Source: Amoeboaphelidium protococcarum X5 (lineage: Eukaryota; Fungi; Aphelidiomycota). From it: a stretch of DNA of 64,000 nucleotides. Below the pieces are notes generated by a model. That model was not told where the DNA came from and did not search any database. It saw only the letters and a program-made list of their open reading frames with translations. A program made the position numbers and the translations under genes. This document shows, in pieces, positions 1 to 11,594 of the stretch (position 1 is its first letter; the number at the start of each line of letters is the position of its first letter). The stretch covers positions 1 to 64,000 of the forward strand of contig JALDTO010000013.1 of NCBI GenBank assembly GCA_023515725.1, written 5' to 3'.

Positions 1-72
1 CTCTCCGTCTGGGAATCGAACCCAGCTTACCCGCGTGACAGGCGGGGGTACTAACCAATATACTAACGAAGA
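1..72 (-). tRNA. tRNA-Asp (anticodon GTC)
   Basis: Reverse complement TCTTCGTTAGTATATTGGTTAGTACCCCCGCCTGTCACGCGGGTAAGCTGGGTTCGATTCCCAGACGGAGAG folds as a cloverleaf: acceptor TCTTCGT/ACGGAGA, anticodon arm CCCGC-CTGTCAC-GCGGG, T arm CTGGG-TTCGATT-CCCAG. Confidence 0.97.
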
Positions 73-76
73 TTCG
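67..76 (+). repeat. Left copy of 10-bp direct repeat CGAAGATTCG (target-site duplication candidate)
   Basis: Covers the first 6 nt of the tRNA (TCTTCG on minus) plus 4 nt upstream; identical to 4112-4121. Confidence 0.7.
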
Positions 77-3000
77 GGTACCTTACTACTCTTAAGCCAA
101 ATGTCGCTACAAAATTGTCGCTAACACGATCAAACGAATGTCGCTGACAATGTTGTTGACAATGTCGCTACATAAACTGCGCGTGCGACCAACACTGTTT
201 CAGAAATATCAGCTTCAGTATCAGATATACAGTTGCCTATATCTGACTCTGATATCAGCATTCAAAATAAAAAGTGCCGTGAGAAGCCTAAAAGAAAGTC
301 GTAGTCAAAATATAGTATGATTTAATTTCCAATCTCAATACTTATTTCATTACTTTTGTAGAGCGAACTTCACTGTTAAGAGAGATTTTGAGAATGAACA
401 CTACCAATGGAATGTCCATCAGCAATTATGTCCCTCCTCCTGGTGCAAGGAAGATCAAGAGGCAGAGAGAAGACGCAGAAAATGCACCGATCCATCCTGG
501 TAAGACTTGGAAGTGCCCGATATGTAAAAATCTTCATTTCCCATCTAATAAGAAGCCGCACACTAAATTTTGTTTGGAATAGTTAAAGAAGAACAACAGT
601 ATCGCAGGTTCCGCGAATACTTTGTCAAGTTGGCTGACTGGAGCATCCTTACAATCAGTGGACTCTTTCGCTAATGTACCAGTTCATCAATCCGCGTCTG
701 ATCAGACGCCTGAAACAAATGATATTAATGCTCATCATGATACTACCTCCTCAGTCGAAAATGATGATCAAGTTAATGCCACGTTAGTGATTGAGTAGAA
801 AGATTAGAATTGGAGAAGTCATCCCTCCACCGCATTTATAGTCAAGTACACTGATGAGATTGACTACGCCATTAAAGGAACAGGTTCGCGCGGCTATCAA
901 TGCAATGCAACGTCGTCAAGGTGTCATGGTGTCTGCGATTGCAAGCCGCTGAATCCTCTGTCCTGGCGTGATATCTGGATTTATCCGCCTAATCCTTTAT
1001 TAGTCTCAGATTATATGGAGAGCTAGGATTTTGTGAAGGAGAAAGTTATATTCTGGACGCCAGAAGTGTTTTTCCATCATCTTGGTGTTCGCCACATGCC
1101 TTGTCCAGTTCATGGCGTTGTGGATGGTCACGTTAAGGTAGCAGGCTGGTCAGCAGTAGGGCCTCGAAAAGTAATAGGCATTGGTCAGTCGTATTACATC
1201 ATGTTCAAGAGGTACAAATGCAATCTGTGTCACTGTGGTACTGGTGGCAGGACTGGTAAGGAGTTTCGTGGAATAGATCCAGATACTTTGCAGCATCTTC
1301 CTCCTCATGTTTAGCAATAGTTGCCGTGTACGGTGATTGACAACACGATCCTGGACAACTAATTGATTTAATTAATGGATAGGATGATCATGCGAGGAGT
1401 CTCTTTTAATGAGTTTGTAAAGATGTTGGATGAGCTGTTCAACAACTAGCATTAATCAAGACATCTTGCCTATCTGTCCGCATCAACATTTGTTAGAAGG
1501 AACCCATAGAAGACTTTAATGTTTTAAGCTTTGCCTGCACTGATTGACCCATTTCCAGAATTCAGCGACAAAGATTAGTATAACGTATCCATTCCATCCA
1601 CTACTGTTTTAAAGAAATTCTATTATAAGAGCCAAATGGATGTGTATGATCTGAAGAACGCCGCTGTCGCGCAAGTTACTGGCAAAGTTTTGAGCGGTGA
1701 TCACACTTTCAAAGCAGCCAAGGTGCCTGTGTCTAAGTCTCAGTAGATATTTGAGGGATTATACTCCTTGGTGAATGAGTATGGCCAAGTAGCTGGATTC
1801 TGGCTTGTGCCAAACAAAAGTCTGAAAGAGTTGACTGGTGAATTTGAAGTCTTGAAGCAGCGCTATGCGGCCAAAGATGAAGAGGGTCCTCAGGCTTTCT
1901 TCACAGATCTCTGCTGCACTGAAAGAGCATTTCTCTCTGATATGTTTGAATCTCTGTCAGCTACTGGATAAGGATAGCGAGTACTCTTGGATATATTTCA
2001 TTTCATGGAGCGGTATCCTGTTAAGAAGAAACATCCTCTATACTCTCTCTTTGCCTCCAACCTCCGCGACGCGATATTCATCTGTTCTGAAGAAGACATG
2101 CAAGATGTGAAGTCAGTATTACAGCAGCGTGGAGTATCAGATAAGTAAATGGATCAGATCAAGAGAAGCTATCTATTGCGTAATGGTAAAGTGAGAAGAT
2201 TTGTTCCACCTGCGGATATTTTGTCGAATAGAATTGATCAGGTGGTCTAAATGTTCAGAGCGGTTAACAGTGAGTTCATTGATGATCAAGTAATGAAACA
2301 TCACGAGCGTAATCTGAAGCACGCCAAAGATGGCTGTTTATCAGATCCTCCTGGTGTTGACATGTACTTGCAATTAAAGCCTGGAGATGATGGATCTTTT
2401 AAGTAGTTCAAGTGTTTTAGAGGTACCAGCCAATAAGAAGGATATCACATGATGTTGTACAATGCGTTTTAAGCAAAGTCTATCTCTCCTGAGCTATATA
2501 ATGTTATGCTCATGGACTTTGTCTACAGAAGAAATCAAGATGCGGCACTGACCTGTGGGCTGACTCCGGATTTTCATATTTACAACCCACTAGTGCTGAG
2601 CTAAATTAAGCAGTTGTATGTCGACAATGCGAAATACTTCAAGTGTCCTGTTTTTGAGAATCTGACCATTCCACAGGTATCTGAATTCTCAAAATCTGTT
2701 AAATTTGGCTGTAGTAAGTATTTGGGCAAATCTCTTGATCTAAAGAACATTTCTGACTAGTAGCTGATGATGGAATGCGAAGGTGGCTTTGATGAAGAAC
2801 TGATTGATGCACTGGCCGATCCAGTTGAAGTTGATTTGACTGTTATTGATATGGATTAGAGTGATATATCTACTGAGCCCATCAAGCTGAACTCTGATGA
2901 TATGATCTCTAAGTTTGCATTCAATGTCATATCACGTCCCGTCTCCTCCCAAAAAGAGCTCATCTTATTCATGTCACTGTTTGAACAATATTGCACCAAG

Positions 3001-4111
3001 AAAAACGGTGATGATAAGTAAGTAGATTATGAGTAAATGGCTGATCGATGGAATTTTCTGGTTTATAACAAGATTGCCGCCTGCTCAAATTAGTCTGAAG
3101 TTGATGATTTGTTATCAGAATACTCTTTTAAAGCACCAAGCCATTTGAAGAGTTTTGAAGATATTGTGGAACGTAAGTTGGCATGCAAATACGCGATTGA
3201 TCCATTTAAGGCCCAGTTCAGACAGCTATAAAATCATTTGACTGACCCAACAGCATTGCATATTCCGTTCGAAATTCCGTAGTTGCATTAGGTGTCTACT
3301 GAGTAAACTGTCTAAGTAGTTGAACATGTATCTGTAGAAACACAGACTTCATTGAACAATTTGAGCTGCATCTGTCCTGCTACTCAGTCTGTTTAGAGTG
3401 TCAATGATTTGCTTGCTACTGCAGATTAGGATATTTAGAGATTAGTTGATAGTATAGACGATGCTTACTTCACCAATCTGGATATGGGCACTTTGTTCAA
3501 TCCAGTTTTGGGTCTGCCTGATGGTGATGATATTCCTAGAGTTGACAATTTTGGAGAGAATGTAGACATCAACGAACAGCCGACCTTTAACTAATTAACT
3601 TATCATACCGTCGATATCATTTAAGCTGATACTGGGCCTGTCACAATGACTGAGGCTGTCAATTTGACTGAACTGCTGCGTTAGAGATTCGGCGACGACG
3701 TGTTGACACCTGAAAACGGATTTGTCAATGAAGAAGAGTTGGACAGTAATTTGAGAAGCGAATCAGTGAAACAAGTCTGCAAAATCTGCTGGAAGCCAAG
3801 ATTGATGGCTGATTCCAATTAATGTACTGAAGGCCATTCTTCCAAAAGATGCGATGCATCAAGTTAGTTAGACGATTCTTTGTTGTAAATGCGTACAAGT
3901 CTCTATAAAAAGTTCAGAAAGCGTGTAGAAAGAGAGAGAAAGTTGAAATAGACGTGATTTTATGAACTGATTGAGTAATTGAGTGGATATGATCGCAGAT
4001 CTTCGGTTTCTTCTTACTCATCCCTTGAAATCCGTATAAAATATCGCAACCGACCTGCGGTCGGCAGCGATATAATTTTTTCCCGACTAGGCGTATAACC
4101 ATATAATTTGC
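77..4111 (+). mobile_element. Dada-like DDE DNA transposon inserted at the 5' end of tRNA-Asp
   Basis: Single large transposase gene flanked by the identical 10-mer CGAAGATTCG at 67-76 and 4112-4121; no clear terminal inverted repeats; directly abuts a tRNA gene. The right boundary is inferred from the direct repeat. Confidence 0.75.
101..3957 (+). CDS. Dada-like DDE transposase (~1270 aa; probable exon 1 101-314, intron 315-361, exon 2 362-3957; alternative start ATG 394)
   Basis: Open in table 6 up to TGA 3955-3957. Motifs: SGDHTFK (D at 1699), NEYGQV, FFTDLCC (D at 1906), LDIFH (DxxH, 1990-2001), FRGTSQQEGYH (E at 2437); Cys/His clusters near both termini; basic NLS-like KKCREKPKRKSQSKYKR across the splice. 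Confidence 0.85.
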
Positions 4112-4121
4112 CGAAGATTCG
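4112..4121 (+). repeat. Right copy of 10-bp direct repeat CGAAGATTCG
   Basis: Exact match to 67-76, 154 nt downstream of the transposase stop. Confidence 0.7.
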
Positions 4122-4839
4122 CTTGTAGAGCTGATTTGATGAGTGTTAATCTACAGCAAGTATATGTAGATACAATAGGAAAACCACCAGAGCAGGTTCG
4201 AGGGACAGACACAAGATGAAATAGTATAACGTGCAAATAAGTAAAAACTATATTAACACGATGATCATAAAAAGAAGGATGTACTCAGACATCCGCATAT
4301 ATAACTCAAGGCGTGGGAAACATCGGTAGCGACATGAGGCGTGGGAAGATCAGTACGCCACTCAGCACCGAGATGTGGTATCAGCCTCATGACCAGGTGT
4401 TACGTTAACATGAAAATTTAATTTTTGTTAAAATATATTTTCTAAAATTTGACTAAAATATGAGGTATATTCGACACAGCATAGTACATGTAAAATGTTA
4501 GAGAGTATCACGATTCATTTGATTAAATTGTCTACTCCCTATCCATGACAATAGTGCCTTAATGTAGCAGGAGCTAATAGATTGAACTCAAAGCAGTTTG
4601 ACGTGTTAGTTTCAAATCAGCTTTACGTGAGACTTTATTTCGTTTCATCATCAAAAAGCGTCAAGCTGATATGCCGACTTGTTCTTTGTACTGTAGGCGT
4701 TCAAAGTGAATGAGACTGTTTCTGCTTCCTGTTTCCATTTCTTCTTTTGCTGCAGAACGTTTTCTCTTTACCGTCTTTCTATTTACAATTTTGTTGTTTA
4801 GACTTATTGCATAAATATATTCAGTGCTATTTATCAATT

Positions 4840-6426
4840 ATGCCAGTGTCTGTTGAGTATTAGACTGTGTATGACAAGTACAAGGCTGCTGGCCAGGAAC
4901 ATGTCTTCCATTATTATAGTAGCCTACCTGCCGAGCAGTAGCAATCTTTGTTACAACAACTGTCTCAGATTGATCCTGCTCGCATTAACCGCATATTCAA
5001 GCAGGCCACTGCTCCTAAGGATTAGAGTGCTGCTGCCAAGAAGCTAGATCCTCTGCCTACTGATGCGTATGATAGTGTCGAAAATGTGTCTGCGGATCAG
5101 TTGGCCAAGTGGAATCAGCTGGGCCTGGATGCTATCAAGAAGGGTCAAGTCTGTGTGGTACTGCTAGCCGGTGGACAGGGAACTAGATTGGGTAGCTCAA
5201 ATCCTAAGGGTTGTTTTGATATTGGTCTACCATCTCACAAGTCTCTGTTCTAGTTACAGGCTGAGAGGATTGTGCGCTTGGTTAAGCTTGCTGGTATTCC
5301 AAACAACAAGCTCAAGTGGTATGTGATGACCAGTGGTCCTACTAGAAAGGCCACCGAAGAATTTTTTGTCAAGAATAACTATTTCGGTGTGGATAAAGAT
5401 GCCATCCAGTTCTTTGAATAAGGTGTTCTGCCTGCGTTGACTGAAGATGGCAAGATATTCCTGGAAGATAAGAGTACTGTAAGTGTAGCTCCTGATGGAA
5501 ATGGTGGTATTTATGCTTCCTTGAGAAATAGCGGCATCTTGCAAGACATGAAGAATCGTGGTGTAAAATATATCCATGCATACTGTGTTGACAATTGTCT
5601 TGTTCGTGTTGCAGATCCTCAGTTTATCGGATATTGCATCGACAAGGATGCTCAGTGCGGAGTTAAGGTAGTTAGAAAGCTCTTTGCTGAGGAGCCTGTT
5701 GGCATTATATGTAAATTGAATGGAAAGTATGGTGCTGTTGAGTACAGCGAAATATCAAAGGCTGACTCTGAGGCCAAGGGCAACGGTGGCAAGTTGTTGT
5801 ATGATGCCGCTAATATTGCCAACCACTTCTACACAATCGAGGCTTTGCATGAATTTTGCAGTGAGGAGTTTGAACGCTCATTGGAGTTTCATATTGCGCG
5901 CAAGAAGATTAAGCATATCAGTTTTGATAATGATCAGCAGGTGGCTCCTTCTAAGCCGAATGGAATCAAGTTGGAGTTGTTCATTTTTGATATTCTGGCC
6001 TCGTTGCCTCTGTAGCAGTTGACCTCTACTTACAAGAGTCCGCTGGCTGTGTACTCTGTGCCTCGCCAGCAAGATTTCAGTCCGTTGAAGAATGCATCTG
6101 GCGCCGGTGTTGACTGTCCAGAGACCTCGAAGAAGGATTATTATGTGCAATCTGAATAATTTTTGCGCGATGCCGGTCTGAAGGTACAAGCTAGTGATAA
6201 AGCTTACGAAACTTTTGACGTCAAGGAGATGAAGGTTGGTGGCGATGGAAAGGCGAAAGAAGTTCCAGTTTAGCTGAAGCAGGTGGCCATTGAGATCAGT
6301 CCTCTGGTTACGTTTGCAGGTGAGGGCCTAAAAGAGGCTCTAGGTGGTAGCAGCGATAAGGTGATCAAGTTGAGTAAGCCGACTTACATTGCCACCATTG
6401 AAGATTTACGTAAGTTAATCTAGTGA
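4840..6426 (+). CDS. UAP1: UDP-N-acetylglucosamine pyrophosphorylase
   Basis: LLAGGQGTRLGSSNPKG, SLFQLQAERI, APDGNGG, YCVDN, NGIKLELFIFD; continuous in table 6. Confidence 0.96.
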
Positions 6427-6560
6427 ATATAAACTGAAGGCGAGAATTTTGATTTGACAAATGAGGATGATTATTATAATAATACACTGATTGTTATTTG
6501 TTATTATTCAAATCAATGCTAGCCAATACTACAGTATATAGATAATAGCAATTCTGTCAT

Positions 6561-7937
6561 TCATTAATCCAGTACTTGGAGAACGTCTTCCCACTCCTTG
6601 ACACACTTTTCAAAGTATGAATGATGAACTTTTGCAAATCTCTCCATGATGGCTCGTAAATCTCTCGTCTTGACCTCCTGGAATCTATTCAACTCTTGGC
6701 TGACCAGCTCATTAAATTTCAACAAATCCTAATGCGCTTCCTCCCGACTCTTCTCCAGGGTGATTATAGTATCCTTCAACTTGGCAACATTATTCCTCCT
6801 GGTCATCTCAGGATCATTATCCAATAGACTCTAGAATTTACCAGTGATTGCACCAAAAAATCCTGAACCGCTAGCGCTTGGACTAACAAGCCCCTGCTCC
6901 AGATTGTTAAGATGCATCTTCTTCTACTCCAACGTATCACCCAAGTCTTCCCATTGCGCGTGCTTCAAATGTCTCAATTTCAACAGATCCACCACAGTCT
7001 GAGCAATCTAACTCTGCTCATGCAGCGATAGAGACAAGTCCTTGAGACCGACATTGAACCGCTGTGTCAGCTCATGCATAGTATCGTACACTCCACCTAT
7101 AGCCTCGATATACTGCTCAGTTTTCACATCTTTAATCTATTTATCAGCGATCGACACCTCGCTATTCATATTCAGGGATATGCCATTAAATATCAGGCCC
7201 AACTCACTCAACAATTGGTCACTCTCAGCCAACTTTTTAAATATTCCCTTCTAAGACTTTTCTAAGCTGAGGACACTATTCAAGTACTGCTCAGATCCTG
7301 ATTCTAACGATAGAAACTTCAAATCTGGATTCTTCAGCTTTCTAGCAGGTCCAACTTTACTAACAATCTTCTGCTTCGTTCCTGCAGACACTGATGATTA
7401 TGCTTATTATGAGGACTATTACGACTAACCCACGGATGATGAAGAGGAGGAGAACAATACATCAGACCAGGTGCCCTGTTCGAGAAAGCGATGAAATAGA
7501 TGCTCTTTAGACAGCACTGGATGTTCATTAACCTTGCGAAGAAATGATTACAGCATCTTCTTCCTCACCTCTACAATCTCAGAATCCTCTGCTGCCTTCT
7601 TCATCTTGAGTGTGGCATACGATGTCAACTTGTGCTTCTCCGGTATTGGCGGGATGATCAGGTGCGGGTATAGACGCTTCAAGATCTTTCTAATAGACTC
7701 AAACTCGCTGTATCTCCGCTTCAACTATACTCCATTAACATCAATAATATAAGCAGTGTACGCACTTCCACCATCGCTTACTCTCTCGCTTCCTATAATC
7801 TCAATCCTGCCCAGCACGCAGCAGTTGGTGGAGTTACCATTATCAATTTTATCATTCACCGCAGAACTCAAGTTCTAGCTGACAATATTCGCAACCTCTT
7901 ACTCCTCATCATTATCGCTATCAAAAGGCGAAGACAT
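6561..7937 (-). CDS. PX-BAR sorting nexin (Snx4/Snx41/Atg20 family)
   Basis: PX motif RRYSEFESIRKILKRLYPHLIIPPIPEKH followed by a helical BAR-like region; 459 codons from ATG to TGA. Confidence 0.88.
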
Positions 7938-8177
7938 TTACACAATGATAATTTCTCTATTTAGTAGATAGATAGATGGTATTTTCAATATAAATAAATA
8001 TAAGAAGAAGTCTTGCAAGTACCAGGAGAGTCTTAGTGATCACAAAGCAGAATTTAATAAAAAAGGAGAAGAATAAAATAGCGCGTTGATAACAAGCGGA
8101 TAAGGAAGCGAACACTGAATAAAGCAATACGGTACAATGATTTGCATTAAGAATTTGATATATTTATAAAATACGAT

Positions 8178-10613
8178 TCAAATGGTAATGTCAGATAACA
8201 GGCTCTGCTCTTCCTCCAACAAGATTTTGTTCTTCTATTTGGCCTTATACATTGCAATACCACTGATTACTAGGAGAATGGATCCGACAATGACACCGAC
8301 CAGATAGACGTAATGGGATAGGCCCAGAGCGAAATACACCTGAGACTTGAACTTTTAGGCTAGATCAGCGGTGACTTGACTATCAATCTATTGAATCATC
8401 ACGGGTATAGGCTTTCTCGCCATAAGAGGTGCAAACACGTTCAGATTCACTTCAGGATGTGAATAGTCGGCAGTGAGCTGAACTGACACTCGAGCGCGCA
8501 TAGCTTTACCAGTCAGTGGTTCTACATCGACAAAAGTCTCGCCCACTCCTTCCACGTCCGCAGGCGCCTCTTCAGCTATCAAGTGCAAATGCTTCGGCTC
8601 GTACAGACTCATCCGCATAGTCTCCTCTATTCCGGAGCGTTTGAACTTGTCAAAAGTGAACCTCTTCATCTTAATACCAAACAAATCATCTACATAGCCC
8701 TTCTATTTGAACTCGACACTTCCCGTCAGGGCAGGTACAAACAATTAGAATGATCTAATCTGCTAAATCTTGTTCAGCGGCTCAAAATCAGTTCCCGCGT
8801 ATAAATTACCTCCAGATATCTACAATGTACGGCCTGGGAACATCTCCTTCAACTCTTCACGTCCATCAAAAGACTTGAATTGCCCAGTCAGCGATGCATC
8901 ATCTTTACCAGTGTGCATCTCGATCGGCTGTTTATGATACTCTTTCACAATCTAGCCTTTAGAATTGCGATAACGATACTACCTGCATGAGAACAATTCG
9001 TTGGACAAATCAGCACTAGAAGTACATCTAGGAGTTCCATACACGTCATCCGTATGAGGCAAGAGAGCAATCGAATGATGCCGCGGATCTGATGGCTCCA
9101 ATACAAAACTGATAAACTCATCTTGATATCCGAGAACGTGTTCATGAACAGATCTGGTGCTGAATACACCATTGACTTGCGCCTTAATCTTGGACTAGAA
9201 TATACCTTTGATCACAGTTTTAGAAACATGATCCAGATACTTTCTTACCAGCATAAGGTCAGCATATGGACTAGGCAGGCACTCTTCTATGGAATAAAAG
9301 AGAGGTTGATCATCAAGCGAGGGCAATATAAACTCCTCCGCTTTACCTTCAGGTAGGTGGAAGTTGAGGAAACTCTACTGAGCATACGTCTTGTTCGCCG
9401 TCATCAATTCCTCCAGGCATCGCATAGTGGTCAAGTTCCAACCCTGAAAATACTCGGCAGCACCTCCGAAAGCAAATGGCAACTCTGGAGGACTAGCTGG
9501 ATCAGCAGAGATGGGCGTCTTGGCTCTCTACAACTTTTAAAGAACATCTCCTCTAAGCATCTGTCTGTACGGAACATCTTCCCAGTTCTGAACCTTGACC
9601 GCTTTATCAACTCCCTGATTAATCAGTAAAAAGGCCATTTACCTCACCAGTGGACATTCGCCAGCCTATTTCAACCAGAATAGCAAGTGATGATACTGCC
9701 AATATGAGATACCGAAATGTTCCATAATCTCATGCTTACGATCGACACCATCAGCCTCCAACCAATAATTAACACCCACACCATCTTCAACATTCAAAAT
9801 AGAATACTTGTCTTTGGCATTCAACACTTGATCAATGATACTGGTAGAAATAGGCTCAGCGTACTAACCGACACCAGAGGTGAGAGAATTATACAAGCAA
9901 CCAACACCGGTCCAAATATTTTTACACTTTATACCACCATCACCACCGCAATGACCACCGATACGTTTACGCATATTCTCCTTACCACCGACCAATTTCT
10001 CGACAACAGGCAAAGACTGTGTAATCAGAGTGGACGCAATGTTACCTTTAATACCCGACACCAACAATTTCTTCATGGTGGCTATCGCCTCCGGTATGAC
10101 CTGAAGTGAGCCAAACAGCAGCGTGTCAGATTCATCACCATACGTGGACATGGTCTGAAAGTATGCCAAATTTACAATAGTTAGCGTATCATTAGCTGGA
10201 CCTGCAGACATTTCTGGTACAAACTTATTCTAAATCGACTCAGTGTAACGATAAATAGCTCCATCATCAGTGAACTGCCCATGTCTATAGTAGTACTCCC
10301 TGTACACGTATGGACCAACCAAATTATACTCTGGCGATTCACCAAGCACGACGCGATGAGGATTAGTGATATTATAAAACCACATCTTGTTGTACTTGGG
10401 AGGACTGCCATCATCCATATTAGATTTAAGCTGATCATACTCGGGATGGTGCTCAGAAGCGACCACGACAGTATCTAATACCGCGGAATTCACAATAGAT
10501 GGAATCAGCACCTTTGACAGGATCCCAAGCACTAGCATAAGAATGGCCAATATAAAGAAGCACAGCGACACTCTAAACACTCTGCTTCTCTTCACTGACA
10601 GTGCCTTGAACAT
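8178..10613 (-). CDS. CD36/LIMP-2 family class B scavenger receptor
   Basis: N- and C-terminal TM helices, FYNITNP...VGPYVYREY, FSTRSVHEHVLGYQD, FVDVEPLTG; cytosolic tail EEEQSLL; 812 codons. Confidence 0.88.
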
Positions 10614-11130
10614 TTTTCAACAATTCTATCTCACTCTCGATGTGATGATCAATATATGCAATGAAAAATAGCAGAGTTATTATACAGTGAAAGCACCTCC
10701 TTGCGCTAAACAGCAATGAAAATTGATGGAGACAAAGAGCTGTATAGATTAACAACCAAAATTGTGACTGCCTGTCGATCAGTCAATGTTTGATGAAGAT
10801 CTTTTTAAAAAATTGGAGAATCGTTTTTTAATCGCGCTCTGCTTTTGTAAGCCATCGCGTCCCTGATTTGGTAAACGCTGGCTATATATAAGTTACGCTT
10901 ATCTGCTGCGCCATATAAACACTATTTCGGTAACTTTGAGGCAATAGTAGTTTCAATTCTAATCCCATTCAAGGACATAGCTGCTCATTCTATGCATTTC
11001 CATAAGTGTTTCGTGTCTGTAAAATCGTGCATCAATTGTAAATACAACAATGAGCAAACGAGAAGTAATTTCCATTCAACAAAACTCTATATATCATACA
11101 GAACACACGTGCGCCTCTAATCAGATGCTA

Positions 11131-11441
11131 TCAATATCCTTTGAATCCAACTAATCTATTTCTCTTATCCAACTACATGTACATTAAAATTATTTAGAAT
11201 ATCACGCATCACTAAATCATATCACAAACATCAAAATTACCAATCCTTTGAGGCATACATCGTGCGCTCTCTGCAACTAGCGACATTTCTCAGGTACGCC
11301 GTCACCTTCCGGTCCATATTTGTCCACTCGTTCCTAATCTCCCACTAGACACTCTTTAACAGACTTTTTATCCTTGACCACACAGTCGCTCAGCAGGATA
11401 CAATCAATCACTTCTTACCGTAATCCTTTACACGTTGGCAT
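11131..11441 (-). CDS. PET191: Cytochrome c oxidase assembly factor Pet191/COA5 (intron 11173-11240)
   Basis: MPTCKGLRQEVIDCILLSDCVVKDKKSVKECL...VPEKCRQLQRAHDVCLKGL|LDKRNRLVGFKGY; conserved Cys spacing. Confidence 0.88.
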
Positions 11442-11594
11442 TTATATTTTACTGATGATGATGTATCTATTTTGTAAATTGATAGAAAGAAGACTAGGAA
11501 ATAGCAATCAATCAGCAACAAATACTAAACTATTAAAATGGTGAAAAGATTCAGTAGGGAACGAGTTTTGCTAAAAATGTCTAATAATTCATAA

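Noticed and set aside
102-169. Four TGTCGCT repeats as transposon subterminal binding sites or a mini-CRISPR
   Set aside because: Spacing is irregular, and they are largely explained by the NVAD/NVVD/NVAT peptide repeat of putative exon 1. No cas genes are present. A dual role is not excluded.
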